From the NCBI GenBank assembly GCA_964016885.1, contig OZ024743.1:204290001-204354000 (forward strand): a stretch of DNA of 64,000 nucleotides. The letters run 5' to 3'. A model generated the notes under the pieces. The model was not told where the DNA came from. It worked only from the letters and a program-made list of their open reading frames with translations, and did not search any database. The stretch comes from Eledone cirrhosa (Eukaryota). The position numbers were made by a program, and so were the translations under genes. This document shows positions 14,753 through 28,800 of the stretch, one piece after another (within the stretch, counting starts at the first letter, position 1; the number at the start of each line of letters is the position of its first letter).

Positions 14753-14972
14753 CTTTTTTTGTTTAATATAAGGAACTGTTTCATTGTTTTATTCATTATT
14801 TTTTTAATATTTTATCTTGACTCTGTATTCCGTTTATCTTTCACCGAAAGTGATTTTTCATTGCATCTCTTCTTTCCATGATATCCGGATTACATTGAGT
14901 TCTTCATACGGATTGGACACTACCGTAAACTCTTGGTAGATTTATCTACATATATATATATATATATATATA

Positions 14973-15186
14973 TGAAATTAGAAAATAGAATAGCTTTCAC
15001 CGTATTTTTGACTAAAGGAATTTTAGCCTGATAATGGGGTTTAGAACCCTCAAATAAATGGAAAAAGATGAGTATTGACGTCAATACTCATCTTTTTCCA
15101 TTTATCTGAGGGTTCTAAACCCCATTATCAGGGTAAAATTCCTTTAGTCAAAAATACGGTGAAAGCTATTCTATTTTCTAATTTCA
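14973..15186. repeat. 214-bp near-perfect palindrome without spacer
   Basis: Centre GACGTC at 15077-15082; two mismatches seen between arms. Confidence 0.92.
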
Positions 15187-15219
15187 AACCTCCTCACGGT
15201 TTCAAAACATACTTACTTG

Positions 15220-15250
<31 letters not shown>

Positions 15251-15467
15251 AATATATATATAAAATATATATAAAATATATAATATCGCATGATTGGCTA
15301 GTAAGAACATCTCAACAAGTGACTAAAGACAAGAAATATAGATCGAAACTAAATCAATCATAAAGCAAATGTCACCTATGTTTGCTTTTGTCCCGTAGCG
15401 TGGTTCTCTAGCAATAACATCATAAGTCACAAGTAAATAAAGATAAGAAATATAGATCGAAACTAAA

Positions 15468-16335
15468 TCTCTATATATAAAACTGTGGTTGTCTGTCTGT
15501 CTATCGATTTTTGGCACACATCTCCTCTTAGAATCTCTCACGGTATTGAACCGAAATTGCTAGACTTGTACATTGAGCCCTAGCAAAGACATCGGAAAAA
15601 AAAAATTTCAAATTGACCCACCCTATGTGACGAAATCGAATATAATGTATCGATTTTTGAGCGTAAGTGATCAGTTATTTCCCTTTGTTCTGTTTACATT
15701 GAGCGTCTTACGTAAAAAATTACGCTGGCTTTCTCACACTAAGCTTCCTTTTTGCTTCATTTCCATTTAAAAGCCTTTTAAAACAATATTTTTACTTGAA
15801 AACAAGTCTATTTAAAGACTACGTAAAACAAGCAAATATTTCGTAAAAAAAAGCAAAAATTATATAAGTTTATTTAAAATATATGTATCTATAAATTTCG
15901 TTAGGCGTGCAGACAGACAGTCGTGCAGAGAGGTGATATACGCGTGCAGACAGACAGTCGTGCAGAGAGGTGATATAGGCGTGCAGACAGACAGTCGTGC
16001 AGAGAGGTGATATAGGCGTGCAGACAGACATAACTGATAATTTGGTTACGCTAATGTTTTTATCTGCGTTGCAGTGTTTACATTTTCGATCTTTGTTAAT
16101 AAATAACCAGTGCAGTTTTTATCCCCAGCATCCTCTTTTGTTATAACATTCGGGTTATCGTTATGTTTTCTTAACTTCATAAGGCATATTGTTGTTTGAG
16201 GGAATATTAATCAAAAACACCACATGCAAGTCTGCACAGTAGACACTACAGTTTTTAAGCCAAAAAAGAAACTTAACATTGTAACTTTAACACAGCTACT
16301 GAGCGACCCCGAGCAACGCCGAGCTTTACTGCTAG
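15468..16335 (+). mobile_element. Non-autonomous Helitron-like element, copy 2
   Basis: A|TC...CTAG|T; same body as 5883-6866 with indels. Confidence 0.8.
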
Positions 16336-16479
16336 TTAACGATAAAGCAGATGTCAATTTTCTGAACATAAAACGTCTCGGATGAGCACCTCATCACCCT
16401 TAAACAGAACCAGCAATTAGCGAGCTGCGGTATTGTATCCAAGTCATGGAGTCAAACCGTATCTCCAGACCTGCCTAAT

Positions 16480-16700
16480 AATTGTGCCTAAATCTACTTT
16501 TGGCATAAGGCCAACAATTCTAGGGAGGTCGATTAAATCGGCGTCAGTGAATTATGGGTGTTTCTACTTTATCGCCTCCGCAAGGATGAAAAACAAAGCT
16601 AACCTCGGCGGGATTTGAACACAGAACATTAAGGTACGTAGCTATACGCCGCAAAGCATGTTGTCCGAAGCTCTACCGATTCTGCCAATGCACCGCCTGA
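16480..16700 (-). mobile_element. tRNA-derived SINE
   Basis: Reverse complement of the family A box (tggcagaatcgg), B box and core. Confidence 0.8.
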
Positions 16701-16875
16701 CCTACTAAATAATAATTAACTGCAAAACAACACACCACCACCAACTACCACACCAACAAATAACGAACAACTGTTCCATCAACACTATCATACCAACTTA
16801 CTCTACTACAACCTTGTCACAATGCCAACCACCACTGCAAAAACTCATCACTGCTTCCATTATCGTCATAACAAT

Positions 16876-17050
16876 GGGAGGTGGATTGGCAGTATCGGTA
16901 GAGCGTCAGACGCCACGCTTTGCAGTATAGAGTTATGGCGTTTCATGTTCTGATTTAAAATCCCGCCGAGGTTAACTTTGCCATTCATCCTAACGGGGTC
17001 GATAAAATAAAGCATTAGTAATGTCCTTATGCCAACAATAGAAACAATTA
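16876..17050 (+). mobile_element. tRNA-derived SINE
   Basis: ggtggattggcagtatcggtagagcgtc...aaatcccgccgaggttaactttgcc..ggggtcgataaaa. Confidence 0.82.
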
Positions 17051-17294
17051 TCATCACAATAAAATCGACAGCATTCTCATGCATATTTCTTTTGTTTTCA
17101 CGTATGTATCATAAACAGTTTCAACTTCACCGAATTTCTTTTTACAGTGCGCGATTCACTTTATTATTCTCAGGCGGGTTTAAACGGTGACTAAGGGTGT
17201 TCCAAAGAGAAAGGGAAGGATGAGAAGTGAACGATAAATTATGAGAACGTGGAAGCATCTGAACAGAAGAAAGAATATATATCAATAGAGAGAG

Positions 17295-17347
<53 letters not shown>

Positions 17348-17519
17348 AGTGAGAATTCGATGATGTAAAATATAGTCTGGGGTGGTGAGTCATACACACA
17401 TACTTAATAAACATATAAATAGCAACATAAAAATATCCACATCCACTATTGAACCTGTAGCGCTGCAAATGTTATGATATAGAATCCAGCTTCTCTTCAG
17501 CCTTTGTAACAAATTTGTT

Positions 17520-18104
17520 ATGTCGTTGTTGTTGCTGTTGTTGTTGCTGCTAATGCTGTTGTTGTTTATGCTGCTGCTGATGCTGTTGCGGCTGCTGCTG
17601 TTATTACGGCTGCTACTGCTATTATTCCTGAAGTCAGACGAATGAAATGGGTTTTCGTATTTCCCGCACACCTTTTTCGTCGTTGTCGTCGTCGTCGTGG
17701 AGAAATCTTGCACGCTTTGCACGTGATTTTTCTTTTCTGGCGTCGCTTGCGAAAGAGAAGGGAGGGAGAGAGACACGTTTAGAGAAGGGAGGGAGAGAGA
17801 CAATCTTCTCTCTGCTGTAGTGACGATTGAGGAAGAAGAAGACGGAATGAGTGGGAGTGACCTATGAAAATTCTTTTTCGTAGCCATGTTTTTTTGTTTT
17901 TTTTTCAATAAATATTGGGCACAAAACCCCAATAAGCGGTTATTTAACCCCGGAGGGCCAAATAACGGGCAGAATGACCCCTCTCACGAGGAGGAGGGTG
18001 TTTTTGTCTACAATTTGGTTAAAGTTTTAAACAATTTACAATTGTTATAGCGGTCAAAATTTACAATACCTTACAGAGCCGAGCCTCCGTCAACCATAGC
18101 ATTC
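17520..18104 (-). mobile_element. Solo 5' end of the Tx1-like LINE family
   Basis: Diverged homologue of ~34150-34750 with the same terminus abutting (TAA)n. Confidence 0.8.
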
Positions 18105-18123
18105 AATAATAATAATAATAATG

Positions 18124-18175
<52 letters not shown>

Positions 18176-18250
18176 TGCCAATAATACCAATGATGCCTGC
18201 CCAAAGTATCTGGATGATACTCGGTAGTCATTGCAGATAAAGTTAAATCA

Positions 18251-18305
<55 letters not shown>

Positions 18306-19269
18306 GAAGGGAATAATAATAATAAGGGAAGAAGACGCACGAGGTGACGGAGGTCATGAAATCGCTCCCGTAAGTTTTGAATTTTTAACATATTTAAATC
18401 ATTTGTGAAATAACAACTCTTAGTACAAATGCTACGTAAAGCACCCGGCTTGAGCCCCAAAAAATTCGGACCCAAAATATATTGTTATAAGGCTCAAATA
18501 TTCAAATATTCAACTTTGTATTGTACACTGTATATCCAAAAAAGAAAATGGCTATAAATGGAAGAAGAACCCCCCCCTCCTCTCCTCTGTCTACACTATA
18601 TAGGACAGCCAAAATCACCAACACCAGAAACTAGATACACCACCCACCCCATCATCTGTGTACACTAAACACAACAGCCAGATAACGGCATTTTCACCTC
18701 ACCGCCACCGCTCACTACGGCCATCATTACCACCACTATCCCATCACCGCCGCCACCACCCCTTGACTCCTTCACTGCTGCCACCGCTACAGCACCATCA
18801 CTACAGTAATACGGTCACATCACCGCCACCACTGCCTCGGTATCGACATCACCACCACCACTGTCTCAATATCGCTACCGCCGCCAGTCTCCCACTTCTC
18901 CCTGCTGGCTGCTACTTCCACATTATAGAATTCCTACTACTAACAAAGAGGAAGGCATCAAAATATATAGATAGACTCAAAAGAAAAAAAGAAAAAACAA
19001 ACAACAAAACCAAAGCAGCACAGCAACAACAGCAAAAACGAGAAAAACAAACAGAGAAAAACAAAAACAAAAACAAAAAAAGAAACCCCAAAAACGTAAA
19101 GAAAATAAGAATGAAGAGAGAAGCAGGCGGACGGACAGAGAAGAGGGGGGGAAAAGTAAAACTTAAAAAACAAAAACTAAGTCAGACATTCGAACACTAC
19201 ATTACAATGAAACTTATGCTTATTCATTTTTGGGGCCCTTTCTGCCTGTGTGTTTGTTTGTTTATGTGT

Positions 19270-22200
19270 GTTCGTATACAGCGTGGTGATAATGCCACAC
19301 AAGGGCCAAGTGGAATGGCGGATCCACAGATGGCTATGTAACTATACATTCGCCAATCCTCGATAAGAGTGTTTAAATATCGAACATAAACAGTTCGAAT
19401 AACGGTGAAATGGAGACTAGAACGTCATGTGACAGACTCTCACCCAACAGGTGCCCCCTGGCTCAGCAGCAGGAACCTGACTGTCAACCAAATACTGCTG
19501 ATGTTGGAGGAGGAAGAAGAAGGAAAGGGGCCAGAACCAACTGGACGAAAGAATTGAATAGAACTGTTATGCAATGCTACCTGAAAAGTAACCCCAAGGA
19601 GAGGGGCTACAGGAGACGGATGCATAACATCTGGAACGAGATTGGTTTATTTAAATTAGATGAACAAAAATTGGCCGGGCAAGCTCGGGTAATAAGAACT
19701 AATGGGTGGATAAGCGAGCTGGAACTGGAGGAACTGAGCAGAGAGAATGGCTTGGAGATGGCGGGTGTAGTATGCCAGACAAGCGAGCCAGTGGGAAATG
19801 AAGGTGAAGAGGTCCTGAGAACGGAGGAACCACCCGAAGCAGACAATGATGTGAATACTGAGATAAATAATACCTGGAACAGAGATACGGCCACTGAGGA
19901 GATGAATGCTGACGGGCTAGGACAAGATTCCGTTGACATCCTAAATTTAGTGGTAGATGAATTGAACAATGATAGTGGGAGACCTATGAACCTAAGATTT
20001 GTAGACAGGAAAAAGTTAAAAGAAACAACAGCTAAGGTAAACAAAGTCATCCCATACCTTGAGGCGAGGAGCCTTCACCAGTGCAACAATATCCTCAAAG
20101 CAACAGCAAATACGGTGAGGAAACTACTTGGTATAAAAGCGAGAGGAAACAACAGACAAGAAAGAGCAGAGCCGTGGTGGAAGAAGCGACTGAGTGGGCA
20201 AATCGGGGAAATGAGAAATGACATAGGAAAGCTTGAGTCACTACTGAATGGGACACTAAAAAACATAGGCACTAAAAATAGACTGGAAATAAAATACAAA
20301 ACTAGGAGTAAAAAGCTAAATATTATCATAGAGGAATTGAAGCAACGCATTGTAGCAAAGAGTGCAAAAATCAGGCGATACGAGAACAGAGTCAGTCAGT
20401 ATAAACAGAACCGCATGTTCGACAACAACCAGAAGATGCTGTTTGGACAGCTTGAGGGGAAAGAAAGAGGCAACGACTTGATCCCTGGGGCGGAACAAAC
20501 TAAAACATTCTGGAGAGGAATATGGGAGCAGGATGTTAGACACAATGCCCAGGCAGGGTGGATTGACACAGTACAGAGGGAGATCGGTGAGCAGGCACAG
20601 CAACAGACTGATTTGAGTATCACAGTTGAAACTCTTAAGGGGCAGGCCAAAAAACTAACCAACTGGAAATCACCAGGCCCAGATGGTGTGCAGGGGTATT
20701 GGATTAAACATTTAACATCCCTCCACCCGAAGCTGACGGCCATGTTCAATGACTGCTTGGTGTCGGGTGAGGTGCCAGAGTGGTTGACAAAAGGTACCAC
20801 AGTTCTGATAATGAAAGACCGAATCAAGGGTAATGATGTTGCCAACTATAGACCTATCACATGTCTGTCCGTAATGTGGAAACTGTTGACGAGCATTGTG
20901 TCTGAGGAAATCTACCATCACCTCCACACAAACAACTTGTTACCGGACGAACAGAAAGGATGCCGAAAGAAGTCACGTGGTACAAAGGACCAGTTGCTTA
21001 TTGATAAGATGGTAATGGGGAATTGCAGGAGGAGACACACTGATCTTGCCATGGGATGGATAGACTACAGAAAGGCATTTGACATGGTGCCTCATTCCTG
21101 GATCACCAAGAGCCTGGAGATCTTCAGGGTGGCAGATAACATCAGACAGTTGCTAGGCAGGAGTATGGGGTCCTAGGAGACAGAGTTGACATCAACTGGA
21201 GTATCCTTGGGAAGCGTGAAGATCAAGAGAGGTATCTTCCAGGGAGATAGCCTGTCCCCTCTGTTGTTTGTCCTTGCCCTGATGCCCTTGACCATTATGC
21301 TGCGAAAAGTGAGAGCAGGATACAAGTTGGGAAGGGGAGAGCTCACCATCAATCACCTCCTCTTCATGGACGATCTTAAGCTCTTCGGGAAAAGTGAGAA
21401 GGAGTTGGATGTGCTTGTTGACACTGTCCGTATTTTCAGCAGTGATATATGTATGCAGTTTGGTATTGGTAAATGTGGAGTCATTGTGATGAAGAGGGGT
21501 AGGTTGAGCAGAAGTAACGGGATCCAGATACCAACAGGTGAGATGATAAAGGAAATTGACTCTGAGGAAGGATACAAGTATTTGGGCGTTCTGGAGGCTG
21601 ATGGCATAAAGAACAAAAAAATGAAGGAATTGTTAAGAACTGAATACATTCGGAGAGTAAGGAGCGTATTGAAGTCACATCTGAACAGCAGAAATGCCAT
21701 AAGCGCAGTAAATTCCCGAGCTGTGTCTATTATCAGGTACAGTGCGGGAATTCTGAGATGGAATGTTGCTGAACAAAAAGAAATGGATAGGAAGACTAGG
21801 AAGCTATTGACTATCTACAACATGTTCCACAAGAGGAGTGATGTCGATAGACTCTACCTAAGGAGATCTGAGGGTGGAAGAGGTCTTATCAGCATAGAGG
21901 ACTGTGTTCAGATGGAGAAAAACAACCTGTACAAATACGTGACCTATAGTAAGGAGCCAATGCTCAGAACTGTACTGAAGGAGGGGACAGTAGGCCAGGG
22001 GATGTCCAAGGAGGAAATAACATCAAGGAGGAAGAGTAGCCTTAAGGAAAAATCCCTTCATAGTACCTTCTTTGAGAAAACTGAATTTAGAGATCCACAG
22101 ACATGGAACTGGTTGAGAAAAGGAGACCTCAAAAAGGCTACAGAAGGAATGCTAATGGCTGCGCAGGAGCAGGCCCTCAAAACGAAGTGGTTGAAGCACC

Positions 22201-22888
22201 ATATCTACAAGGAGGAGGCTAGCCCACTGTGCAGGATCTGTGGAGAGAGAGAGGAGACTGTGGCTCACATTGTGTCCGAGTGTAAACACCTAGCCCAGAC
22301 CCACTATAAGGGCTGGAGACATTATGTGATGGGCAGGGTGATCCACTGGCACCTGTGCAAAGTAAACAATTTACCACATTCTGAGAAATGGTATGAGCAT
22401 AGGCCAGAGGCGGTGATGGAGAACAATCAGGTGAAGGTGCTGTGGGATTTTAGGATACAGACGGACAAAAAACTGGAACACAATAGACCTGACCTGGTGG
22501 TTGTGGACAAAGAAAAAAGATCGTGCCTGATTGTGGATGTGGCCTGCCCGTTCGACACGAGAGTGCAAGAGAAGGAGAGGGAGAAAATTAACCGATACCA
22601 GGACCTAAAGTGGGAGGTGAAAAGGATTTGGAACTGCCATGAAGTCAAAGTGATCCCGATTGTCATAGGCGCACTGGGGACTATCTCCAAAAGTTTCCAG
22701 GGATGGTTAAAGAAAATCGGCCCCTTCACGCTTTTTGGAACGCTTCAAAAGGCATGCTTGCTTGGAACAGCAAGAACCCTCCGATACGTCCTGAATATCT
22801 GAGGCTGCAGGTAGCGGCTTGATATTCAATCCAACGGACTTTCCAGTTAACCAACATCAATGACTGAGATTCAAGGAATAACAACAAC

Positions 22889-22921
<33 letters not shown>
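19270..22921 (+). mobile_element. Near full-length R4/Dong-clade non-LTR retrotransposon (RT + restriction-like endonuclease), family A
   Basis: KSPGPDG, NYRPITCL, IDYRKAFD, GIFQGDSLSP, LFMDD, YKYLG, CCHC CRICGEREETVAHIVSEC, RPDLVV..IVDVACP, KINRYQDL; short 3' UTR and (AAC)/(TAA)n tail; 5' boundary approximate. Confidence 0.92.
19410..22802 (+). pseudogene. Dong/R4 ORF (~1130 codons) interrupted by one TAG at 21174-21176
   Basis: ORFs 19410-21176 and 21186-22802 are in the same frame; the sister copy has TGG (tcctggaaa) at this position. Confidence 0.88.
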
Positions 22922-22922
<1 letters not shown>

Positions 22923-25638
22923 TCAACAAGTGACATAGACATGCTGATAGAAATAATCAAGCAAAAAGTGTCGGCCAAAGCTCCTCGTATAAGGCGCTTT
23001 GAAAAACGATCTAGATTCTATAAGGACAATAATATGTTCAAAAACAACCAAAGAAACTTCTACAGAAAAATTGGTAAGTCAACAATAACTGCTAAGTCAA
23101 TACCACCCAAGGAGGAAGTGCAAGAATTCTGGGAAAAGATCTGGGCCGAAGAAAAAGTTCATAACATGGATAGACAGACAAATGAAAGATACAGCTCACC
23201 TTGAGGAACAAATATGGGAAAATATAACAGTTGAACAGTTGCGCTTGGCTCTAAGAAAAACCAGCAAATGGAAATCCCCAGGAAAAGACAAAATACAATT
23301 TTTTTGGATAAATGCCTTCACAGAGTCTCATGAGCTGTTAGCCCAACTTTACAATGAAATAGTTAAGGAGCCAGAAAAGATACCATCATGGCTAGTTAAC
23401 GGCATTACATTCCTGCTTCCGAAGAATGATGAGACAAACAATCCCCAAAATTACAGACCGATAACTTGCTTGACCACAATGTATAAAATTTTAACATCAG
23501 TCCTAACTGAATACACATATGACCACCTGATAACAAATGACCTATTTCCCATTGAGCAGAAAGGGTGTAAACGAGGCTCATATGGCTGTAGGGATCAGCT
23601 TTTGGTTAACAAAATGATACTGGAAGATTGTCATAATAGACACAAAAATCTATCGATTGCTTGGATAGATTATAAAAAAGCATTCGATAGTTTGCCACAC
23701 AGTTGGATTGAAAAATGTTTAGAGATTTTCAAAATATCCCCCGTTGTCAGGAGGTTTTTGTCATTCAGTATGAAGACATGGAAAACGACACTCCTTTTGA
23801 ATAGTGAAACAAAATCACTGGAAGCTGGAGAAGTTAATATTAATTGTGGAATTTTTCAGGGTGACTCTTTATCACCGCTTTTATTCTGCATCGCACTTAT
23901 ACCATTAAGTAAAATGCTCAATGAAACAAAACATGGAGATAAAGTCTATGACAAAACCATTAATCACTTGTTCTACATGGATGACCTGAAACTATTTGCA
24001 AAAAATGATGAACAATTGCAAGGGCTATTATCCACTGTGGAGCAGTTCAGTGATGACATTAAAAGCAACGTTCACCAGAGGAAAGCTGCTGAAGTGTTCA
24101 GACATTAATCTTGATCGGGGGAACGTGATAAGAGAACTTGATCAAGAAAAAACTTACAAATATCTAGGTGTTTGTGAAGGAGACGGAATCAAGCACTCGA
24201 CGATGAGGGAAAGGATAAGGAAGGAATGTTACCGCAGAGTAAGAGCAATCTTAAGAACGGAATTGAATGCAAGGAATAGGATCGATGCCATAAACACGCT
24301 TGCCATACCAGTAGTAACCTACAGTTACAATGTCATCAACTGGTCAAGCACAGAGATCCGTAGGCTCGATACAAAAATTCGAAAATTCTTAACCATGCAC
24401 AGAATGCATCACCCTAAGGCAGATATAGATAGAATATATCTCCCTAGGAAAGAAGGAGGACGTGGGTTAATCCAGTTAGACATTGCGTTGAAAACTGCAA
24501 CAATTGGATTATCTACATATCTAAGGGAATCACATGATTGGATGATCAAACTCGTTTTGAAACACGAAAGCATCAAAAGATCATATTCCATTACAAAAGA
24601 TGCACAAAGATACAGTAATGGACTACAAATTTCAGAAGTCCCATTTACTGCTGAAATGGAAAACACAGAAAAAGCAAAGCAGGTAAAAGTAACTGCAAAG
24701 AAAGAACTGCTACAGAAACTGGCTAAGAAGTGGCAAGAAAAGCCTCTGTATGGAAAATACCCAGAACGAGCTAACAATCCTGATGTTGACAAAACTTTAA
24801 CCCATCAGTGCTTGGCATCCTCTGGACTGAAATCGGAGACTGAAGGACTGATTATATCAGCACAAGATCAGTGTCTGCCAACAAAAAATTACCAAGCCAA
24901 CATAATAAAAAATGGATGCAGCCCATTATGCCGTGTATGCAAAACACAACCAGAGACCATTGACCATATAATTTCAATGTGCAGTCCTATACCTCCAACC
25001 CAATACCTAAACAGGCATGACAGAGCTGCACAATACATACATTGGATAATGTGTAAGCATTTTGACCTGCCCCATCAAAATAATTGTTGGGAGCATCAAC
25101 CACCACCCATACTTGAAAAAGATCACATCTCAATCTTGTGGAACTTTAGCATCCAAACAGACCGAAAAATAGATGCAAATAAACCTGATATAATACTGAA
25201 GGACTTTAAAAAGAGGGTATGCCTGCTAATTGATATGTCCGTTCCAATAGACAAGAATGTATCTATAAAAACATTTGAAAAATTGAGCAAGTATAAGGAC
25301 CTGGAGATAGAAATTGGAAAAATGTGAAAATTGAGAACTAAAACAATACCAGTGGTTGTAGGCACTCTGGGAATGATACCTAAGGGGTCTATTGATTACT
25401 TATCGCAAATCCCAGGAAACTCGCGTATAGGAGAAATACAAAAGATAGTACTAATGGGAACTGCCCATATACTAAGGAAGATTCTGTCAATATAACTACA
25501 TCACAAGTCTAAACACTAAAGATGCATGTGTGAGTATGTATATTCTTTCTTGAACATGGCGGACCTTGTTGTCTCTTGAGGTCACTGGTTGTGACTTGGT
25601 GATAACTCGTATGAACATAAAGCAAGATAAATGCAACT

Positions 25639-25693
<55 letters not shown>
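22922..25693 (+). mobile_element. 5'-truncated R4/Dong-clade element, family B
   Basis: WKSPGKD, NYRPITCL, LFYMDDLK, CRVCKTQPETIDHIISMC, KPDII..LIDMSVP; frameshifts; starts in the tail of element A and ends in (TAA)n. Confidence 0.9.
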
Positions 25694-25694
<1 letters not shown>

Positions 25695-25898
25695 CTACAT
25701 ATCTAAGGGAATCACATGATTGGATGATCAAACTCGTTTTGAAACACGAAAGCATCAAAAGATCATATTCCATTACAAAAGATGCACAAAGATACAGTAA
25801 TGGACTACAAATTTCAGAAGTCCCATTTACTGCTGAAATGGAAAACACAGAAAAAGCAAAGCAGGTAAATGCAACTGTAATAATAATAATAATAATAA
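25694..25898 (+). mobile_element. Mini-derivative of family B (internal piece + 3' terminus + TAA tail)
   Basis: Copy of ~24512-24687 fused at TAAA to terminal tgcaactg(taa)n. Confidence 0.8.
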
Positions 25899-28800
25899 TG
25901 TCGGTGGAAGAAGAAGAAGGAAAGGGACCAGAACCAACTGGACGAAAGAATTGAATAGAACTGTTATGCAATGTTACCTGAAGAGTAACCCCAAGGAGAA
26001 AGGCTATAGGAAACGGATGCATAACATCTGGAACGAGATTGGTCTATTTAAATTAGATGAACAAAAATTGGCCGGGCAGGCTCGGGTAATAAGAACTAAT
26101 GGGTGGATAAGCGAGCTGGAACTGGAGGAACTGAGCAGAGAGATTACGTTGGAAATGGAGGGTGGAGTATGCCAGGCAAACGAGCCAGTGGAAAATGAAG
26201 GTGAAGAGGTTGAGAGAACGGAGGAAGCATCCGAAGCAGACAATGATCTGAATGCTGAAATAAATAATTGTTTCTACTTTAGGAACAAGGCCAGCAATTA
26301 CCCAGTGCATTACTGGTACTTTATTTTATCGACCCCGTAAAGATGAAAGGCAAAGTCAACCTCGGCGGGATGGAACAAAGATACGGCCATTGAGGAGATG
26401 AATGCTGACGAGCTAGGACAAGATTTGGTTGATATCCTAAACTTAGTGGTAGATGAATTGAACAATGATAGTGGGAAACCTATGAACCTGAGATTTGTAG
26501 ACAGGAAAAAGTTAAAAGAAACAACAGCTAAGGTAAACAAAGTCATCCCATACCTTGAGGCAAGGAGCCTTCACCAGTGCAACAATATCCTGAAAGCAAC
26601 AATGCGGTGAGGAAATTACTTGGCATAAAAGCGAGAGGAAACAACAAACAAGAAAAATCAGAACCTTGGTGGAAGAAACAACTGAATGGTCAAATCAAGG
26701 AAATGAGAAATGACATTGGAAAGCTTGAGTCCCTACTGAATGGGACACTAAAAATAGACTGGAAATAAAGTACAAAACTAGGAGGTAAAAGCTAAATATT
26801 ATCATAGAGGAACTGAAGCAACGCATTGTAGCAAAGAGTGCAAAAATTAGGCGATACAAGAGCAGAGTCAGTCAGTATAGACAGAACCAACTGGAAATCA
26901 TCAGGCCCAGATGGTGTGCAGGGGTATTGGATTAAAAATATAACATCCCTCCACCCCAAACTGACAACCATGTTCAATGACTGCTTGATGTCAGGTGAGG
27001 TACCAGAGTGGTTGACAAAAGGTACTACAGTTCTGGTAATGAAAGACCGAATCAAGGGTAATGATGTTACCAACTATAGATCTATCACATGTCTGTCCGT
27101 AATGTGGAAACTTTTGACAAGCATTATGTCTGAGGAAATCTACCATCACCTCCACACAAACAACTTGTTACCGGACGAACAGAAAGGATGCCGAAAGAAG
27201 TCCCGTGGTACAAAGGACCAGTTAGTTATTGATAAGATGGTAATGAGGAATTGCAAGAGGAGACACACTGGTCTTGCCATGGGATGGATAGACTACAAAA
27301 AGGCATTTGACATGGTGCCTCATTCTTGGATCACCAAAAGCCTAGAGATCTTCAAGGTGTCAGATAACATCAGACAGTTGTTGGGCAAAAGTATGAAGTC
27401 CTGGAAAACAGAATTAACATCAGCTAAAGAATCCTTGGGAGGCGTGAAGATCAAGAGAGGTATCTTCCAGGGAGATAGTCTGTCCCCACTGTTGTTTGTC
27501 CTTGCCCTGATGCCCCTGACCATTATACTGCGAAAAGTGAGAGCAGGATACAAGTTGGGAAAGGGAGAGCTTACCATCAATCACCTCCTTTTCATGGACG
27601 ATCTTAAGCTCTTCGGGAAGAGTGAGGAGTTGGATGTGCTTGTTGAAACTGTCCGTATTTTCAGCAATGATATGATATATGTATGCAATTTCGTATTAGT
27701 AAGTGTGGAGTCCTTGTGATGAAGAGGGGGTAAATTGAGCAGAAGCAACGGAATCCAGGTACCAACAGGTGAGATGATAAAGGAAATTGACACTGAAGAA
27801 GGATACAAGTATTTGGGTGTTCTGGAGGCTGATGACATCAAGAACAAAAGAAATGAAGGAATTTATAAGATCTGAATACATTCGGAGAGTAAGGAGCGTA
27901 TTAAAGTCACATCTGAACAGTAGGAATGCCATAAGTGCAGTAAATTCCCGAGCTGTGTCTATTATTAGGTACAGTGCGAGAATTCTGAGATGGAATGTTG
28001 CTGAACAAAAAGAAATGGATAGGAAGACTAGGAAGCTATTGACTATCTACAACATGTTCCACAAGAGGAGTGATGTCGATAGACTCTACTTAAGGAGATC
28101 TGAAGTTGGAAGAGGTCTTATCAGCATAGAGGACTGTGTTCAGATGGAGAAAAACAACCTACACAAATACGTGACTGATAGTAAGGAGCCAATGCTCAGA
28201 ATTGTACTGAAGGAGAGGACAATAGACCAGGGGATGTCCAAGGAGGAAATAACAACAAGGAGAAAGAGCAGCCTTCATGAAAAATCCCTTCATAGTACAT
28301 TCTTTGAGAAAACTGAATTCAGAGATCCACAGACATGGAACTGGTTGAAAAGAGGAGACCTTAAAAAGGCTACAGAAGGAATGCTAATGGCTGCGCAAGA
28401 GCAGGCCCTCAAAACGAAGTGGTTGAAACACCATATTTACAAGGAGGAGGCTAGCCCACTGTGCAGGATCTGTGGAGAGAGAGAGGAGACTGTGGCTCAC
28501 ATTGTATCCGAGTGTAAATACCTAGCCCAGACTCACTATAAGGGCTGGAGACATTATGTGATGGGCAGGGTAATCCACTGGCACCTATGCAAAGTAAACA
28601 ATTTACCACATTCTGAGAAGTGGTATGAGCATAAGCCAGAGTCGGTGATAGAAAACGATCAGGTGAAGGTGCTGTGGGATTTTAGGATACAGACGGACAA
28701 GAAACTGGAACACAATAGACCTGACCTGGTGGTTTTGGACAAGGAAAAAAGATGGTGCCTCATTGTGGATGTGGCCTGCCCATTCGACACGAGAGTGCAA

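Noticed and set aside
18658-19341. 227-aa ORF upstream of Dong as an ORF1
   Set aside because: Low-complexity CAC/A-rich sequence with no motifs; R4/Dong elements have one ORF.
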